Shown here: positions 23,783 to 25,126 of the stretch, piece by piece
Layout: each line of letters opens with the position of its first letter
How positions within the stretch are numbered: position 1 is the first letter of the stretch
DNA from: Bugula neritina
Lineage: Eukaryota; Animalia; Bryozoa
Length of the DNA: 25,126 bases
NCBI GenBank assembly: GCA_964035545.1
Contig: CAXIUT010000007.1
Coordinates: 1-25,126 of the forward strand
Reading direction: 5' to 3'
Translations under genes and position numbers: made by a program
The notes under the pieces: generated by a model
What the model saw: the letters and a program-made list of their open reading frames with translations, nothing else
What the model was told of the DNA's origin: nothing
The model's database searches: none

Positions 23783-24336
23783 TCAGTCCTTAATGGGTCT
23801 GGTAACAATGCTGTAGAATTCTTCTTCAGAAACAAGACCATCACGATCAGTATCAGCTCTGGTGATAAGCTCGTTAAGTTCTTCCTCACTTACGTTTTCT
23901 CCAAGTTCTTGAGCAACTCTTCTGAGATTGGCAACTGAGATGTAACCAGTTCTCTCATCATCGTAAAGGTTGAAAATTTTTTGAATGTTAGCTCTAGAAT
24001 CCTTGTCGTTGACTCTCTTAGTCATCAATGTGATCCACTCTCCTAAGTCGATGGTACCATTTCCGTCAGCATCCAAGTCAGAAATCATCTGGAAGATAGC
24101 TGCACTCTTGGATTCGAAGCCCAATGAGGTCATGGCTGCTTTAAGTTCTGACTAAAATTGAATATACCCTTGATATCGATGGATCCTCCTTGATCAGTAT
24201 CGAAGAGATCAAAGGCTGCCTTGATACCGACGACTTATTCTTCTGAGACTCCGTTTTTGGCGTAAGCCTTGGCATCAAATGCTCCTTTAGCTGGGGCGGG
24301 AGGGGCTGGTGGTGCTTTTCCTTTAACTTTACTCAT
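23783..24336 (-). CDS. Centrin, ICL1/spasmin-like, 177 aa, 1 intron (24148-24167)
   Basis: [68 protein letters not shown]...DLDADGNGTIDLGE...RADTDRDGLVSEEEFY. The Pro/Ala-rich N-terminus and [13 protein letters not shown] match ciliate infraciliary-lattice centrins and spasmins. Confidence 0.9.
24148..24167 (-). other. 20-nt spliceosomal intron
   Basis: gtatattcaattttagtcag; gives [11 protein letters not shown], with the Glu codon split. Confidence 0.9.
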
Positions 24337-24382
24337 TAAGATATTCAATGTTTATGAAATAAATAAAAAATTAAAACTCGTT

Positions 24383-25039
24383 TCAATCTATTTATAATTA
24401 TACTTTCCTCATCTGTTCCCAATAAGAAATTTAGAATTGACAACTTCCTAGACCAAATGTTCCATTGAACTTCTAATTTAATGATTGACCTTGACTCGAA
24501 TTCTCTTCTTTATAAAACTGTCTGAAAACATAATATCTATCATTGTAAAAAGAAATAGGAAGAAATCAAATAATATCATTTAAGAAGCTTTTATGATAAC
24601 TATTGCCATCATAATAATAATCATTTCTATTATATAGTCTATATAGATAAACAAACATTAAGGGGTTGGGGTTGGGGTTGGGGTTGGGGTTGGGGTTGGG
24701 GTTGGGGTTGGGGTTGGGGTTGGGGTTGGGGTTGGGGTTGGGGTTGGGGTTGGGGTTGGGGTTGGGGTTGGGGTTGGGTGGGGTTGGGGTTGGGGTTGGG
24801 GTTGGGGTTGGGGTTGGGGTTGGGGTTGGGGTTGGGGTTGGGGTTGGGGTTGGGTTACTAATCTTACTGCCTATTTATCTTCCATTCTAGTCCAAGACCA
24901 TGTTGTTTTAAAGTTTATACAAAACTATTCGATTCTTTTAATAAATTATTCTTACTTATAAGATGGCATTTTTTGTATTGGCAATATTATTTATCAAATA
25001 TTCCATGAGGGGCAACAGTATGACTATCTTTATCACAGA
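24383..25039 (-). pseudogene. Fragment of a hypothetical gene: 5' end cut by the terminal telomere, interrupted by an internal telomeric tract, with one in-frame TGA (24566-24568)
   Basis: Segments 25039-24855 and 24661-24383 both show strong A/T third-position bias in a minus frame, and they join in frame if 24662-24854 is removed. The segments are short, so support is moderate. Confidence 0.45.
24662..24854 (+). repeat. Internal telomeric tract (GGGGTT)n, ~193 nt, with a variant (GGGT) near 24776-24780
   Basis: Direct reading. Begins GGGGTT after an A and ends TTGGG; the following TT may be telomeric or genomic. Confidence 0.97.
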
Positions 25040-25126
25040 GGGGTTGGGGTTGGGGTTGGGGTTGGGGTTGGGGTTGGGGTTGGGGTTGGGGTTGGGGTTG
25101 GGGTTGGGGTTGGGGTTGGGGTTGGG
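25040..25126 (+). repeat. Terminal telomeric tract (GGGGTT)n, probable macronuclear chromosome end
   Basis: The G-rich strand runs 5'->3' to the end of the window, the orientation expected at a right chromosome end. Confidence 0.95.

Noticed and set aside
7374-24336. Calcium-signalling gene cluster (calmodulin-like, Ca2+-ATPase, kinase, centrin)
   Set aside because: These families are hugely expanded in ciliates, and the window may be joined across a telomere, so co-location is weak evidence.
24666-24890. ORF-track poly-GL/GV protein
   Set aside because: It is the translation of the telomeric repeat.
1-25126. Prokaryotic reading: pseudogene field, CRISPR array or defence island
   Set aside because: Frames are intact once TAA/TAG are read as sense. 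The repeats have no spacers, and the genes, introns and telomeres are eukaryotic.

Overview
Gene-dense, very AT-rich eukaryotic DNA from a ciliate macronuclear chromosome or contig end. The supplied ORF track (standard code) is misleading: conserved motifs in alpha-tubulin, a P-type Ca2+-ATPase, a kinase, EF-hand proteins and an Na+/H+ exchanger show that TAA and TAG both encode Glu and TGA is the only stop. This is the peritrich nuclear code (NCBI table 30), not the usual ciliate Gln code. Read that way, the window holds about 12 tightly packed genes: a >2390-aa GVIN1/VLIG-type giant GTPase with a C-terminal vWA domain, a calmodulin-like protein, a PH-domain protein, a PMCA-type Ca2+-ATPase, an unknown acidic protein, a secreted ependymin-like protein, a CAMK-like kinase, an NHE exchanger, an N/Q-rich NPF-motif protein, a divergent alpha-tubulin, a centrin/spasmin-like protein and a telomere-interrupted gene fragment. 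All 11 introns I could place are exactly 20 nt (GTA...A at -6...YAG). Three (GGGGTT)n telomeric tracts occur, two of them internal and abutting coding sequence, and all share the same start and end register (GGGGTT...TTGGG).
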